64,000 bases of DNA, taken from contig CAVNZM010000004.1 in NCBI GenBank assembly GCA_963693365.1, positions 2,874,389-2,938,388 of the forward strand, given 5' to 3'. Shown here one piece after another: positions 1 to 54,416 of the stretch; position 1 is the stretch's first letter, and each line of letters begins with the position of its first letter. The position numbers and the translations under genes were made by a program. Source of the DNA: Amoebidium appalachense (taxonomy: Eukaryota; Protista; Ichthyosporea). The notes beneath the pieces are model-generated. The model searched no databases. It worked only from the letters and a program-made list of their open reading frames with translations, and was not told the origin of the DNA.

Positions 1-66
1 AGATGAAGCGGGGGGGGGGGGGGGGGGGGGGGGGGGGGAGGAGGGAGATACAGTTTATGCACACAC

Positions 67-11736
<11,670 letters not shown>

Positions 11737-12263
11737 TCTACACTAGGCAGCTGCGGTGTTTTTCTTATCTCTCAGTTAATATATCTTTTTGCCTATTTAT
11801 CAAACACTTATACAAGTTAGTACTTCAATCTTGCATCCGGCGTGCACAGCTCGCTCGAAGTGGCAACACAACAAAGCTGTGGCCGGCCTAGGCCCTACAT
11901 CTGAAGGCGATACATGTTGTTGTTCCTTGTAACACATTTCAAACCCCAGGCAATAAACCATACATAACCGTCGAAAAAGAGCCTGTTTTGGTATAAAGCA
12001 GATGACGATGCGCTATTTACCAATTAGATCAGCCAAATGGTGAGCCTCACCCGGTACCTGTGCATGTTGCCTGCAAGCTACATACATGTCCGACGAGTAG
12101 AGTTTGTGAGTTTGTCAGGCATAATGCTTTTAGCTCTGCCTAGAAAAATGTCATGTTCTTAGACGGTCATGTGTTATGCATAGGCTAGTTCCACTACCTT
12201 ATAGCGCAGCAGCGCGTAGCCGGGAATGGTACCCAGCCCGAAGCAGGGCTTGGTTGAGCTCTC
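11737..12263. promoter_or_regulatory. Putative bidirectional promoter, DHX36/POLL
   Basis: Divergent start codons separated by 527 bp of microsatellite-free sequence. Confidence 0.6.
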
Positions 12264-26384
<14,121 letters not shown>

Positions 26385-27715
26385 ATGGTGGCGGTGTGAT
26401 GTAGTTGGCCCTTGCCCTGTATGCAATAGGTAGTTGATGGCGTTGCTTTTTGTGTTGCTCTGTCAGGCTTGCATGAATGGTGTTGTGTTGTCATGTATGT
26501 ATGGGGTGGTGATAATCTTTTAGGACCTGCTATTTAAAAGGTACACCTTTCGAATGCAATTTTGCTGCATAGCCGTGCTGCGAGTTTTGCATAACACTTT
26601 CCCATATTTGATCCTCAGTTTCTGATATGGCCTCGCTTAACTTCCTTGTTTGTTTGCTTGTTTGTTTTGCGTTTTGTTGAGCCGGGGGGAAGGGGGGGGG
26701 GGGGGGGGGGGAGGGGGGGGGGACATGGGGGTGGATGCTCTCCACTTAATCTATTCCTGGACCAAATTTTCCGAAATATGGAATATTCCGAATATTGCGT
26801 GCAGGCACCACCTTTGTCCCACCTATCTTGTTGTGCTGTGAATGGCTCCCGTGTGTTCTAAAATGACCCCAAGGTTCTGGATTTGAAGGGACTGTGAACG
26901 GTTCTTGGTTAGGGGTTGTCGAGGGTTCGAAATGTCAAGAGTTACGCGTATTCCACTGTAGCATACTGTATTCATGTCACCTGTGAATACATTTTCTCAA
27001 GCATTGCCCAGTGGAATGGTGCAGACTGATGGTCAGACAGTACATGGTGGTCACTGTCGTCTTTGTGTTTGTTATTCCCCCGGCCCCTCTTTTCCTCGGC
27101 CCCCCTTTGCCCTGGGGGGCTTCATATGAATCGGAAATGATTGTATCCCTTATTGGCCTTTACATAGCTCCCGGCCCGATCCCCTTCCTCTGACACGTGC
27201 CTGCCCCCCCCCCCCCCCCCCCCCCCCCCCTCCCCCCTCCCCCCCCCCTCCCCCCCGGAGCCGCGGGAGCCCGTTGGCCCCTCCCACCACCATGTAATAC
27301 TATATATGCACAGCGGCAGCACACGTACAAGCAAGGTTCGTCCCATGAATGGCATGGGTAGCGGAAATATATGTGGCGATTGGGGAATTTCTTCTCTGAG
27401 CCGTTGATATCCCAATGTCGAAGTTCCCCCTTTTGTGCAACTAAAATGTTACAAGTGCGAGAATCGAACAAAAGAGCTGGCAACGTACATGTTGCCGTTG
27501 GATCAAATTGTTCCGAAACGGCGGTTTGGGGGCAAGAATGTTGAGATATAGCTGTAGTAAACATATAGCCAATTACCCTAGCAAGGTGAGGAAAATTTAT
27601 AAAAAATAGGAACATACGTCTTGTGGACGGTCGGAGTAAACAGTTGCCAAACCTCGGGAAAAACTTTACGCTAGTTTTGGTTGGCACACAATCACGCCGA
27701 TTCAACGGGAGTTTT

Positions 27716-27783
27716 CATTGGCTTGGAGTTTTGGCGGGAGAGATTGACCAATCATATTCATTGTTGTCAGGTTTTCGGCGCGC
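27716..27783 (+). promoter_or_regulatory. RRM1 proximal promoter with E2F-like site and CCAAT boxes
   Basis: ATTGG 27717-27721, TTTTGGCGGG 27729-27738 (matches TTTSSCGS), CCAAT 27748-27752, TTTTCGGCGCGC 27772-27783. All lie 125-190 bp upstream of the ATG. Confidence 0.5.
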
Positions 27784-27906
27784 ATAGCTTTCAACGAAAA
27801 GCGCACGACGCTCTGCACAGCTGGTCATTCTCGCGTCTTGCCCTCACTAGCACACACCTACTCTTCGAATAATACTTAGTCGTGTTTGAACGCAGAGAAG
27901 TCAAAA

Positions 27907-35510
<7,604 letters not shown>

Positions 35511-36502
35511 GGGAGGTCCTTGGGTCCGTATTAGTTTGGGGTGTTTATCTTTTTCTTTCTTTCTTTTTTTCCTTTTTTCCTTTCTTTTGTGATGTGGTTG
35601 TTGGCATGAGACGATACCAAATAGGTGTGTGGTACATGCATTTGCGCATATAGAAGAAACGCAGCTGGGTACTCTAAGTTATCCGATTCAAAACGGATGT
35701 GATTGGAGTCAGAGATTCGAATGGAGGCTTATAATGAGAGTTTTTTTCTGAGCGTTTTTTGAACCATATCTTGCATAATTACTCAGTGCCGTGGGTACCG
35801 CATACTCTTACTTGCATCAATATATAGAAAAGCATTAGGCATTTTGAATATAGGACTTCGATCACTAAGACGCTATTTGTTAAGGGGGAAATAGTGCTTT
35901 ATCGGACCTTAAAAAAAATCCAAACACATCTAGAAGGTTTGTTCACGTGTACCTAATGCTGGTGTGTACAATAGGAACAGTAGCACTGATTAATGGTAAG
36001 TTGATGCCGCCAGGTGCAGCAGCAACAAGTAGCTCAATTCGATCTATAAGTAACCTTTGCACATGTGTCACCACCATTCTGGCTACAAACATTTCTAATC
36101 CCCCCTCCTCCCTCCCTCCCCCCCCCCCCCCCCTCCCCCCTCCCCCCCCCCCCCCCCCCCCCCCCTTCTTTTTCCTCAACCTGAACGGGCTAACAGGCAC
36201 AGGAGGGTTGTGACTTTTCATGCAGGTCTCCAATTACGAGACACCTTTGTGTTTCCCACTGGCTTAGTTCACCAATACGATTTGTTCAGAGGCGTTATTG
36301 CGAAGTAGCGTATCGCCAAGGAGATAGAAGAAGGTTTAAAAAGCGAATGCTCTTCTGTAATGGAGGAGATAGTAGTTATGATACGAAGTGAAAGCTTGCT
36401 GACTTAAACTAGGTGATCTAACGTAAGTGGTGTAATAACCGGAGAGATAATATCCGAGATCTAATGGATTAAATCTCTTGATGATTGCGTGAGCCGTAGG
36501 CG

Positions 36503-36552
36503 GTCTGCTCGCACAACTTTGTAACCGTTATACAAGCCCCTCTCCCCCCTCC

Positions 36553-36599
<47 letters not shown>

Positions 36600-36647
36600 A
36601 TAATATTAATAAAATATATAAAATAAAAAACCACCTCGCCTTCTTCT

Positions 36648-36710
<63 letters not shown>

Positions 36711-36869
36711 CACCCCACCACCACCACTAAAAAAAATATATAAAAAATAAAAGGAAATAAAGGCCCCTTCCTCTTCGTCTACACCACCGCCACCACTGCT
36801 GCCGTCTCTGCCGCCGACACCACCGGGCACCACTACACATACAAACACACACACACACACACACACACC

Positions 36870-36920
<51 letters not shown>

Positions 36921-36928
36921 ACACACAA

Positions 36929-36959
<31 letters not shown>

Positions 36960-37100
36960 CACACACAACACACACCGCACCCCCCAAAAGCTGCTGACTG
37001 AAGTAAATTTTCTCTACCCGGGCCCTGTCCTTCCTACTTTTACATCCTCCGTAATTCACAATTTAAGCTTTAATAAAAATAGCTACCCCCCCCCCCCCCC

Positions 37101-37136
<36 letters not shown>

Positions 37137-37450
37137 ATCTCTTCTGCTCCTCGACATTATATAGATAGCTCCTCCTCCTCCTCCTTCTGCTCCCCATCCT
37201 GTGCCGGTTAGCCCGTTCAGGTTGTGACTTGAATTAGACTAGCGGGAGCTACGGTTTTGCACAAGCACTGCATTCTTTGCTGCATGCCTCTGCGGCAGAG
37301 TCTGCTTGCACAACTTTGTAACCTATACAACCCCCTCCCCCTCTCCCTCCCCCCCCCCCCCCCCCCCCCCCCCCCCCACCAAAAAAAAAAAAAAAAAAAT
37401 CACCTCGCCTTCCTCTACCCCCCCCCCCCCCCCCCCCCCCCTCCTCCCCC

Positions 37451-37489
<39 letters not shown>

Positions 37490-37652
37490 ACCCCACCCCA
37501 CCCCACCACCACCACCACCACCACCACCACTAAAAAAAATAAAAATTAAAAATTAAAATAACTTAAATTAAAGGCCCCTTCCTCTTCGTCTACACAACCG
37601 CCACCACTGCTGCCGTCTCTGCCGCCGACACCACCGTGCACCACTACACATA

Positions 37653-37744
<92 letters not shown>

Positions 37745-37985
37745 CACACACATGTACACACACAACACACACTGCACCCCCCAAAAGCTGCTGACTGAAG
37801 TAAATTTTCTCTACCCGGGCCCCGTCCTTCCTCCTTTTACATCCTCCGTAATTCACAATATATTAATAATAACAGCTATTCCCCCCCCCCCCCCCCCCAA
37901 AAAAAAAAAAATATATATATATAAAAAAAAAAAAAAAAAAAAAAAAAAGGCAATTTCTTCTGCTCCTCGACATTATATAGATAGC
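36503..37985. repeat. Direct duplication of about 0.67-0.69 kb (36503-37169 and 37300-37985)
   Basis: Unique blocks shared in the same order: GTCTGCTYGCACAACTTTGTAACC, AAAGGCCCCTTCCTCTTCGTCTACAC, AAAAGCTGCTGACTGAAGTAAATTTTCTCTACCCGGGCCC, CTCCTCGACATTATATAGATAGC. Confidence 0.95.
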
Positions 37986-38724
37986 AGCTACATCCCCAGA
38001 CCAAGAAAAAATCCTTCCCCCCCTCCGCCCCTCCCCCCGCCTTCCCCCCCTCCCCCCCCCTCCCCTCCCCCCCCCCCTCCCCCCCTAGCCCGCACAACAA
38101 TCCACCCACCCGGCCACCGTGGCTACCCACCCACCCACCGGCCACCGTGGCACCCGGCCCCCGGCCGACCGCGGGTGGGCTGGCATGCATATGATGATCG
38201 ATACTGCATAGCACTCCTGAGATCCGAGTGGGAAAAGATATTGTGTACAGGCTAGCCCACCGACTACACTAATCCGACAAAAAACGCTTTCTTGGCAGAC
38301 CCAAAACTCATACTTACAGGACGATTTTATGCATGCCGAATTTGAGTTATAGCTGGTTGTAGCCACGCAATTTTTTTTTTCTTTTTACACTCTCACACCC
38401 GGCAGCCCGAACATGGCATGAGGTCGCTGACGCGTCACTCGATATGACCGGTAAAACTTTAGAGGGTGAAGGGGGACAAGCAAATTTTACCCGTGAGGGA
38501 AAGTGGCAATAGCCTAATTGGGAAAAGAGCGGAGGAATGGCGGGAAACAGGGTAAGACCCAGTATTGGCGTTGGGGCGATCGATGATGAGGCAGGAGAGG
38601 TATGGTTAAGGAGATGACATGATGACAGGTTCAAGCAAAGGCCTAATCATGGAACGTGGTATGAAATTCTATTTGATATTAACCATAAAATGGATAAAGG
38701 ACTCCCCCCCCCTCCCCCCCTCCC

Positions 38725-38773
<49 letters not shown>

Positions 38774-39498
38774 GTACACATACACAAAAAAAAGAAAAAA
38801 AAAAGCAGGAGAGAAAACGAGGCACTAGCATATGAGAAGAGTAAGTATATATATGACAACAAGCTTGTGGTCTGGGGAGACCTGGGGCCCAAAGGGGTGC
38901 GGGCTGGGGCCGGGGGGGGGGGGGGGGGGGGGGGGGATGGTAGGGGATTGGGTGTTAAACGTGTATGCAAGGTGTATATGCTGGGGTGGGTAAGGGCCCA
39001 GGAGGTGTGAGGGAGGGGGGAGGAAGGGGGGGGGGGGGGGGGGGGGGGGGGAGGGGGGGGAGGGAGAAGAAGGGAGGGGACGGGAGGGATCCCGGAGGGA
39101 GGAGAATTTAAGATTTCGTGGAACTAGGGTTTGCATGATGCATCATGATCAAACTTTGCAAACACGAAAGCAAAAACTTAAATTGTATGACGGCAATACC
39201 AATATAAGCCAGGGGATACTTGCCTGCATGCATAATGATGTCATTGATAGCAAGACGGGTCATATCGTGTTGTGTGTTTTCTCTTCTTGACCAAGTCATT
39301 CCTCCCGGCTCTCGATAAATACGAATGGCAGAGCGCTAGCATGAACCGTCTTACACGTGCACATCCACACACGCATGCACACAAACACTGACACATGCAC
39401 ACATATGCACACACGAGCACGCACAAGCCCCCACACAACCCCCCCCCCCTCCCCCCCCCCCTTCTCCCCCTACACCGTTGACACACACACACAACGCG

Positions 39499-39534
<36 letters not shown>

Positions 39535-39845
39535 TCCACACACACACAGCGGGCGCAGAGAGACTCACACGTACGGAAATTCCCCAGCAGCCTGGCTGAG
39601 GGATTTATTATATTTGATATTAACGTGACACCGTATCCATGAATCTATAAACTACATCAATACTAGAGTACCAAAACTCTCACATGGAAATGCAACATTT
39701 CATTCAAACTACGTCATCACCACACGACATTCAGCAATTACTTATCTCATGCCAGCAGCCCAAGTTCCCAACTCATCATTCACGACAACACACAAATGCC
39801 TATGCCATTGAAATTTTTACACAAAAAACACGTTAAAACTCTAAC

Positions 39846-40283
39846 TTAGTTCATGAACCCCACGAACAACACAAAGAATATTATAAGCACGGCAAATATC
39901 TTGATCATGAGCCCCCTATTGCTGCTGACACTGCTGAAGTATTTGAGCAGCTCAGTGTGTGCCCCCTCTATGTTCATCTCAGCATCGGCAGTCAGATCGT
40001 CGATCCTGTGTGTGCCCAACAGTCAGAATTGTTCCCTCCCTCCCCCCCTCCCTCAAACCCCCCCCCCCCCTTCTCCCCCCCCCCAAAGCGCCGCTGCCTG
40101 GCATGGGTAGTGCTGGCACACACAACCAGACGTGCACGCATAAGCCACGGGTTCACGATGCATGGGTGTGTGTGCGCACATGCGCGCGCGCTCGCGCGCA
40201 CACACACACACACCACACACATGCACACGTACAGGCACACACGCCACACATACACCCGGGACACACATACACATACCCCCCCA

Positions 40284-40314
<31 letters not shown>

Positions 40315-40334
40315 CCCTCCCCCCCCCTCTCCCT

Positions 40335-40394
<60 letters not shown>

Positions 40395-41070
40395 CCACCG
40401 GTACACATATCATTCAATTATTCCAGGCAAAGTCCCTTTGACAACCAACTTCTAATGAATGACCAACAACCTGTCACCGCATGCCCTTCATTTTCTCCCC
40501 AGCCAACCGTGACACTACCTTCATAAGGTACCGATTGCTAAAAATATCATTTTGAACAGCGATTGCCAAACAACTGCCAACAACAAACCAAACCTCTCCC
40601 CCCCAACTATGCATACTTGTTGTGTGTGCTTCGCACAAACTGCATTGTTTTTCCGTCTTGACTGTGTACTTCGTACTCTGTAGCACATCCTAACCACCTC
40701 CCCGACCCCCCCCCCTCCCCCTCACCCCCCTCCTCCCTACCCACCTTTGGATAGTCTGACCCTGTTCATGCACCATAGCCGCCAGCTGTGTAAATATGCC
40801 CCCCAGCTCTGCTATCGTCTTGTTGATCTGGTCCATCGCTTTGCTGCGCTCCTGGTTGTAGGCATTCTGCGCACCACAAGTAAGCCCTTAGACCCTGATT
40901 ATCATAGCAAAGATCCCATTCCCATTCCCATTCCTTCCTTCCTTCTGCATGCACCCACTTTTCAACCCTCAATCATTTTCGAGTTATTCACCAACCACCC
41001 CCCCCCCCCCCCCCCCTTCCCCCCCCCCCCCCCCTCCCCCCCCCCCAAAACCCCGCCGCTGAAAAAAAAA

Positions 41071-41135
<65 letters not shown>

Positions 41136-41611
41136 AACCCGCACCCACAGCTCACCCTTCCTTCAAAAAACGCAAGAAATATGTTCAGTTATGTAACTAT
41201 TTTGACGCCATGCCCCCCCCCCCCCCCCCCCCCCCCCCCTCCCCCGGAGGGCTCTTCCCTTCCCTCCCTTTGTCCCCCAGTGATACAGTAAAACATGAAG
41301 TCCTCGAAGCAACCACCATGACATGATACTCCCGCTCAGACTGTCCGACCCCCTTCTAGGGTAACAGCCCCCCCCCCCCCTCCCCTCCCTCCCTCTAACA
41401 AGCAAAAACGTTTGCCATATATTTCTTATTACACAGACGGTGCACCCTGGCGTCCTCTCTGTGACCCTTCCTCCCCCCCCCCCCCCCCCCCCCTCCCCCC
41501 CCCCCCTCCCCCCCCTCTAACACCTGTAACACTGAAACACACACACATCGTAGGAGAGCAAGACGAACACACGTTTCCAGCACGGCAATGCCTGCCTCTG
41601 TAATACCCCCC

Positions 41612-41642
<31 letters not shown>

Positions 41643-42403
41643 AAAAAAAAATCCACCCACCGTTGGCTCAGCATAGAGCATGTCCTGAGCCTGTGCCCCT
41701 CCCATATCGATTGCTGCATGGCCGGCAGACGATACCCGGTGCCTCTGTGTCAGCTCGGTCTGCTGGTAGCCCCCATAGCGCTGCCCTCCCCCGGACGGCC
41801 CTGCTCAAACGTGCGTAAGATAAGCTAAGGGCTGTACAAAGATTAACAACCATTGTGCAGCCCCCCCCCCCCCAGCACATTCACCCGAGAGTGTACATAC
41901 CATGTGACCCCGTACAGAAACACAACCACGCAGATACCAAGAGTCCCCACCTCTTGGCAACAGATTCAATGATCATACCCACCACCAAAATTGTGACCAT
42001 CTCCCACCCTCCCAAACACCAAGGCACGAAAGCGCACACACGTACACGCAGGCACACAGGCATGCACACACCCCCACACACGTACCCACATGCGCACGCA
42101 CATGCACCCACTCATCCTATCACACCTACCCATCCACCCACACACACGCACACACTTTTGCAAACATGCACACATCGATACAAACACACATATGCACCCA
42201 CGCAAGCCACAAACCATCACCATACACCCAAACCCACACCCACTAACCTAAATCAGCAATCAGACTATGCGGCATGACAATGCACACCCACACGCCCGGG
42301 CCTGGGGCAAGACGGAGGTTGGGCTGTGGGGGGGGGGGGGAGGTGGGTTTTGGGAGTCGGGACACGTGCATAATGCCCCCCCCCCCCCCCCCCCCCCCCC
42401 CCG

Positions 42404-42463
<60 letters not shown>

Positions 42464-42685
42464 ACTGGTACCTTGCTGGGGATACTGGGGGTACCCCTGA
42501 CCATATTGGCTGGGTGCACCCTGTGTTGTGTCCCCATATGCCCCGTAGCCTGGCCCAGAGTACTGCTGCTGCCGTGCTGCCATCTCTTGAAGCGCCTGAA
42601 ATTGTTCCGTCAAAATCAGCCTGCTCACCCCCCCCCCCCCCCCCCCCCCAAAAAAAAAGACACACACACACATACGCGCGCATTC

Positions 42686-42721
<36 letters not shown>

Positions 42722-42784
42722 ATCCCTCCCCCCTTTCCAGAAAAAGAAAGACAACGAGCCAGGAAAATGGAATGATAACCTTCT

Positions 42785-42823
<39 letters not shown>

Positions 42824-43274
42824 CCCCCCCTACCCACCAACCCCCACCAAAAAAAAAAAAAAAAAAAAATCAAACCAAGCACACTAACATACACACAAAC
42901 CCACACCCACCCACACTATGAAATGCACATATGCCACAACTACGTTTACCACACTGCAGCATCGCAGCAGGAAGATATAAATATGCAGAACGGGGGAAAG
43001 AGGGTTTATAATAAGATCAAAAACCCACGTACAACCACCGATTGCACCTCCCAAACACCAAAGCTTTAAACTGTGCTCCCGGCGTTTCATCATCCCCCCC
43101 CCCCCAAAAAAAAAAAAAACACACACACCCCTCTCTCTCATCCCTCCCACTCCAACCCATCCAGTCTCCCCTGCACACGCCACCTACCTACCTCCCTAAT
43201 TTACCCACCCACCCACCTACCCCCCCCCCCCCCCCCCCCCGAAAAAACACACACACACACACACACACACACGT

Positions 43275-43309
<35 letters not shown>

Positions 43310-43641
43310 CAGTTTGGAAGCAAAAAACAAACCAACACACACCTTTGTTCTGTACTCTAGTGCATCCTTAAACGAGGTGGACAGGCCGGCCAAATATGAC
43401 TGCAGGGCCAAGACGATGTTTGTGGCATGCGCCTCTGCCTGCCTACTGCCCTGGCTGGTGGCCCGCTGGTACTTTTGCAACCGAGCTATCATCTGGTTCA
43501 GACTGCCTATGTCCTGCCGTATGATCGCTGTAAGATCCTCGATCTCGGCTGTGCGATCTTCAAAAAGCGCTCGTTTCTGCACCACTGTGTGGATCGTGTG
43601 TACGTGTGTGTGTGTGTGTGTGGATGTGTGCGGGTGTGTGT

Positions 43642-43672
<31 letters not shown>

Positions 43673-44158
43673 GGGGAGGGGGAAAGGGGGGGGGCGTGCG
43701 TGTGTGTACACGAGTGTTTGGGGGAGGGGGGGTAGGAGGGGAGAGGGAGAATGTGTACGTGTGTTGTGGTTGGTGGCAGTGGTGATATGGGTACCTGTCT
43801 GCAGGGAAGCCCGACCGGAAGGGGGGGCAAGTGGGGGATTTTTAAAGAGAAATGTGAGTGTGCACTTTTGGAAGGGCGTGGGTTGAGATCTGTGATGATC
43901 GGGTTATCGTGTTGGGTTAGGCACTGTGTTTTTGCGTGTGGAAACATTGAATGAAGCCAGCAGTCACTTTTCAATCAATAAAACACTCTCACAACATATC
44001 TCCACAGCCTCTTTTTTGGGCAAACATGACAGAGCCATACATGTGGCGAATGGAGGGAATGGAGGACACCACAAGCACGGAGGGATCCGAAGGGAACGGG
44101 AGGGGTGACTGAGTGAGTGAGTGAGTGAGTGAGTGAGTGTGAGTGAGTGAGTGAGTGT

Positions 44159-44216
<58 letters not shown>

Positions 44217-45014
44217 GTGTGTGTGTGTGTGTGAAAGTAAAACTACAGGAGATCCCACCAATATCATGGGTCCCTGAAAAGCAAAATGATGAGAGAGAGG
44301 CTGCATCATAGCAACAGCAACATATCCGATACCTGTGAAATAGACACGAGCTCGGAATACTAAGAGTTGAAGGTCCAGACAAACAGTGGGGAGGGGGAAT
44401 TATGTTTCTGCCCAAAGTGTGGAGTGCACAAAGATGTGGTTTTGTCCACAGTGCTATGTGCACTTGTGTGTATGTGTGTGCGTGTCTGTGTGTTTGTCTG
44501 TTAGAGCACCTGTGTGTGTGTTTTGTGTGCGTGCGCATGTGTGTGCGTATGTGTGTCCATGTGTGAGTTGTGTTTTAAAGCGAGAGCCCGTGCACCCGTT
44601 CCTGCATGGATTTGTCAGTATGAGTGAACCAGGTGCTTCCGGTGTTATGTGCCCCCTTGTGCGTATACCTGAGTGTGCATGGATGCAGCCAGCAGCTTGA
44701 AACCGTTCGTGCACAGTGCCTTTTAACTGCAAACTTCTAAGTTCTTTTAATTCAGAAACGTGTCAACAAGCACACACAGACTCCCCAGATCCACACGAAG
44801 AAAGAGGGGACCTACACAAGTTCAGCTTCTCAAGTTTCGTCGATGTGCTGCCAATGTCTGTCTGTAGCGCCCTTGCCAATCTCTTAAAATCCGACCGCTG
44901 CTTTTCCAAATGCTCGTCCCTTGGCCTCTTCGGTGCCATATATACCGGGCCACGCCGCATGCGCATTGACTGTGCTGCGGCATGGAACTCTGCTGTTCTG
45001 TCTTTGCTTGACAT
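39846..45014 (-). CDS. STX5: Syntaxin 5/Sed5 (Golgi Qa-SNARE); complete, 6 exons
   Basis: Exons: 45014-44816 (N-peptide KDRTAEF), 43584-43343 (KRALFEDR..EIEDLTAIIRQDI), 42595-42472, 41800-41661, 40866-40745 (IAELGGIFTQLAAMVHEQG), 40005-39846 (RIDD..NIEGAHTELLKYF..SSNR plus C-terminal TM helix). Confidence 0.96.
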
Positions 45015-45985
45015 GGTGATTGTGATTGAATAAAAACTAAGTACAGCCTATGATAGGTTATACTTTCAGCCAGAGAAAAAAAACAAAAATATCGGCGTTT
45101 GTTGCCGAATCAAGTAGGTTTTGTTTCCCTTCATAGAAATGTTGACACACTGCCTTGCCGATGCAAACTGCAAAGTTGAAGGGTGTGTGGATCTAGTCCT
45201 TGTGGCTTTGAATGAGAACGCGTTAAAAAGGAAAAAAAAAATTAACTAATAGATAGCAAACAGAGGTAAACCCATGGGCTTGTATGCAACAGCTACAGAA
45301 CTTCTGCCGTAGCACCACAAGAAACATGAACGGTTCGAAACAAGTCCAACACAGCAACTTTTGCCAAAAGTTTTGTGGGGTTGGCCAAAATCTTTCGGAA
45401 CAGTGTAGCCTGACAACTGGCTTTTGGCTCACGAATTTCCACAGAAGGCCAAAGGCTTGACAACTAACTATCTAAGAATAGGTGTTGAAGCCAAAAATAG
45501 GGGTGGGTGATGACGGTAACGGCTGTTACGTAAGCTCACGGAGGGCCAAGGATGACGAACCTACAGCTGCATACTCTGATGGTCAATATCTTTATTTTTT
45601 GGCCACAGTTTCAATACATAATGACGTCATCTATATTGCAGACTACATTGGCTCTATCTTGGTGCACAACCGTCAGTGCACTGACCATTTTGACTCACTC
45701 ATTTCCCTGCTCCGAGTGTCTGAGTGTATGAACATAGGCTAGCTCTGTCAGTTGCATCGAGGCGGGACTAAGGTTTTCTCTTTGCATGTTACCTACCAAG
45801 GGAAACGAGATATAGTTGTTGCAGTGGGTATCTGAGCAACTAGTCTCATTAAATCGCACCTAAACGCTTATAGGTTTTATACACGATCGAACTTGGCGCC
45901 TTGTACTTGGTTCGTCCTGGTTGAATTATTCTTACAAGCACACAGAGCGGCAGTTGGACATGTTAGGGATCAATGCAACTCAGCC
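45015..45985. promoter_or_regulatory. Divergent STX5/RING intergenic promoter region with a CRE palindrome
   Basis: Divergent ATGs about 970 bp apart, repeat-free. ATGACGTCAT at 45621-45630. Confidence 0.4.
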
Positions 45986-52826
<6,841 letters not shown>

Positions 52827-53726
52827 TGGGGGGTGTGTGTATGTAACGGTGAATGGGGGTGGTTTTATGCATGTAGGTATGGTAGGCTAGGATAGGTTGC
52901 CCTGCTCTACTCTTCAGGCACCTGTTACTCTGAAGAATACTCCTGCTCGTAGGGCTCAAATGTTTATTGGTTTGTACATAGTGACGTGTTGTTGTTATAG
53001 TAGTTGTACATAGCGCATAGGCGCATTGGAAAAAATAAAAAAAACTGATGTGTTTTGAAGGTTTTAAAGATATGTTCAGCAGGTAAAGGAGTTGCATATG
53101 GGGATTTTTAAAGGAAACAGGATGCTTAAAAAGACCGATAAACATAAAAAATATGGACAAGGAAGTTTTAAGATAATTATAACAGATTCTGAAAGGAGAG
53201 ACATCCAGCCGTTTCATTTGCATTGCATGGCGAAATAGGCACACGAAGCCCAGGCATGTCGTGACTTCTCAGTGGTTGCACTGTGGGCAATGAATCAACA
53301 ACGAATCAACAACAAGCGATATATATATAAATTCTACCAAGATATTTTGTGCCCACATTTTGTGCTGCTAATGCATCTACGTACCCCATTTGTGTATACG
53401 GATGCGAGGTGTGTGGTTATGGACCTCAGTGGTATTACAAGACGTACTTAGCGGAAAGATATCCAAGAGGGTCACTAGCTTTCAGGCATCTAATATGGCC
53501 GTCATGCATATTGGGCCATCTGTGTACAAATATGGGCTTGGCTTGAGCTCACACTTCTAATTTCTGACGTTTTATGCTAATCCAACTGACACATCTTTGC
53601 TGGCATAAACGTATGTATGATATTTCAAATGCTCCAACTTCTTCTAAGTTCAGGTTGTTGGTTTGTCCACGCGCACATCAGGTATGTATGTGATACGTAT
53701 AGTGTAATCATGTGCTGTGGCCTGGC

Positions 53727-53881
53727 TCACTGCTTGGGCTGCAGCATGCCCCGTCCATGGAACAGCTTGAACGTGCGATCTGCAAATTTGGGAAGCCCGT
53801 ATGTGTGAGAAAATGTTCAGGCCTAGGTTTCCCCTTCCCCCCTCCCCCCTCCCCCTCCCCCCCCCCCCCCCCCCCCCCCCC

Positions 53882-53974
<93 letters not shown>

Positions 53975-53997
53975 GCACGCACGCACGCACACACGCG

Positions 53998-54041
<44 letters not shown>

Positions 54042-54343
54042 CGTACACACCCACCACCAATGTCCACCACCACCACCACCACCACGATCACCAAACACCA
54101 TCACCACCCACCCATCTCGACTATATTAGTCATCTCCCCAACCACCATCACCAAGAAAAAGAAAGAAAGAACCAAAAGCTAAACGGCAACAACCACCACT
54201 ACCGAAAGTGAATGGCAGATCTTGCAGCCAAGTGCATAAATACCAACAACTTAGCCACAAACTGCCAGGGGCACAGTAATTAATGTGAGATGTGTGTGTG
54301 TGTGGTGGTGGTGGTGGTGGTGGTAGTTGACGGATGGATGGCC

Positions 54344-54416
<73 letters not shown>

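Noticed and set aside
26880-26940. GGTTCGA T-loop-like motif (also near 45332)
   Set aside because: No cloverleaf stems or A-box could be built.
38200-38700. Complex intergenic sequence with an E2F-like TTTCCCGC (about 38539-38548, minus strand), possible TE relic or hidden gene
   Set aside because: No recognisable ORF, termini or splice-compatible exons; cannot be supported without a database search.
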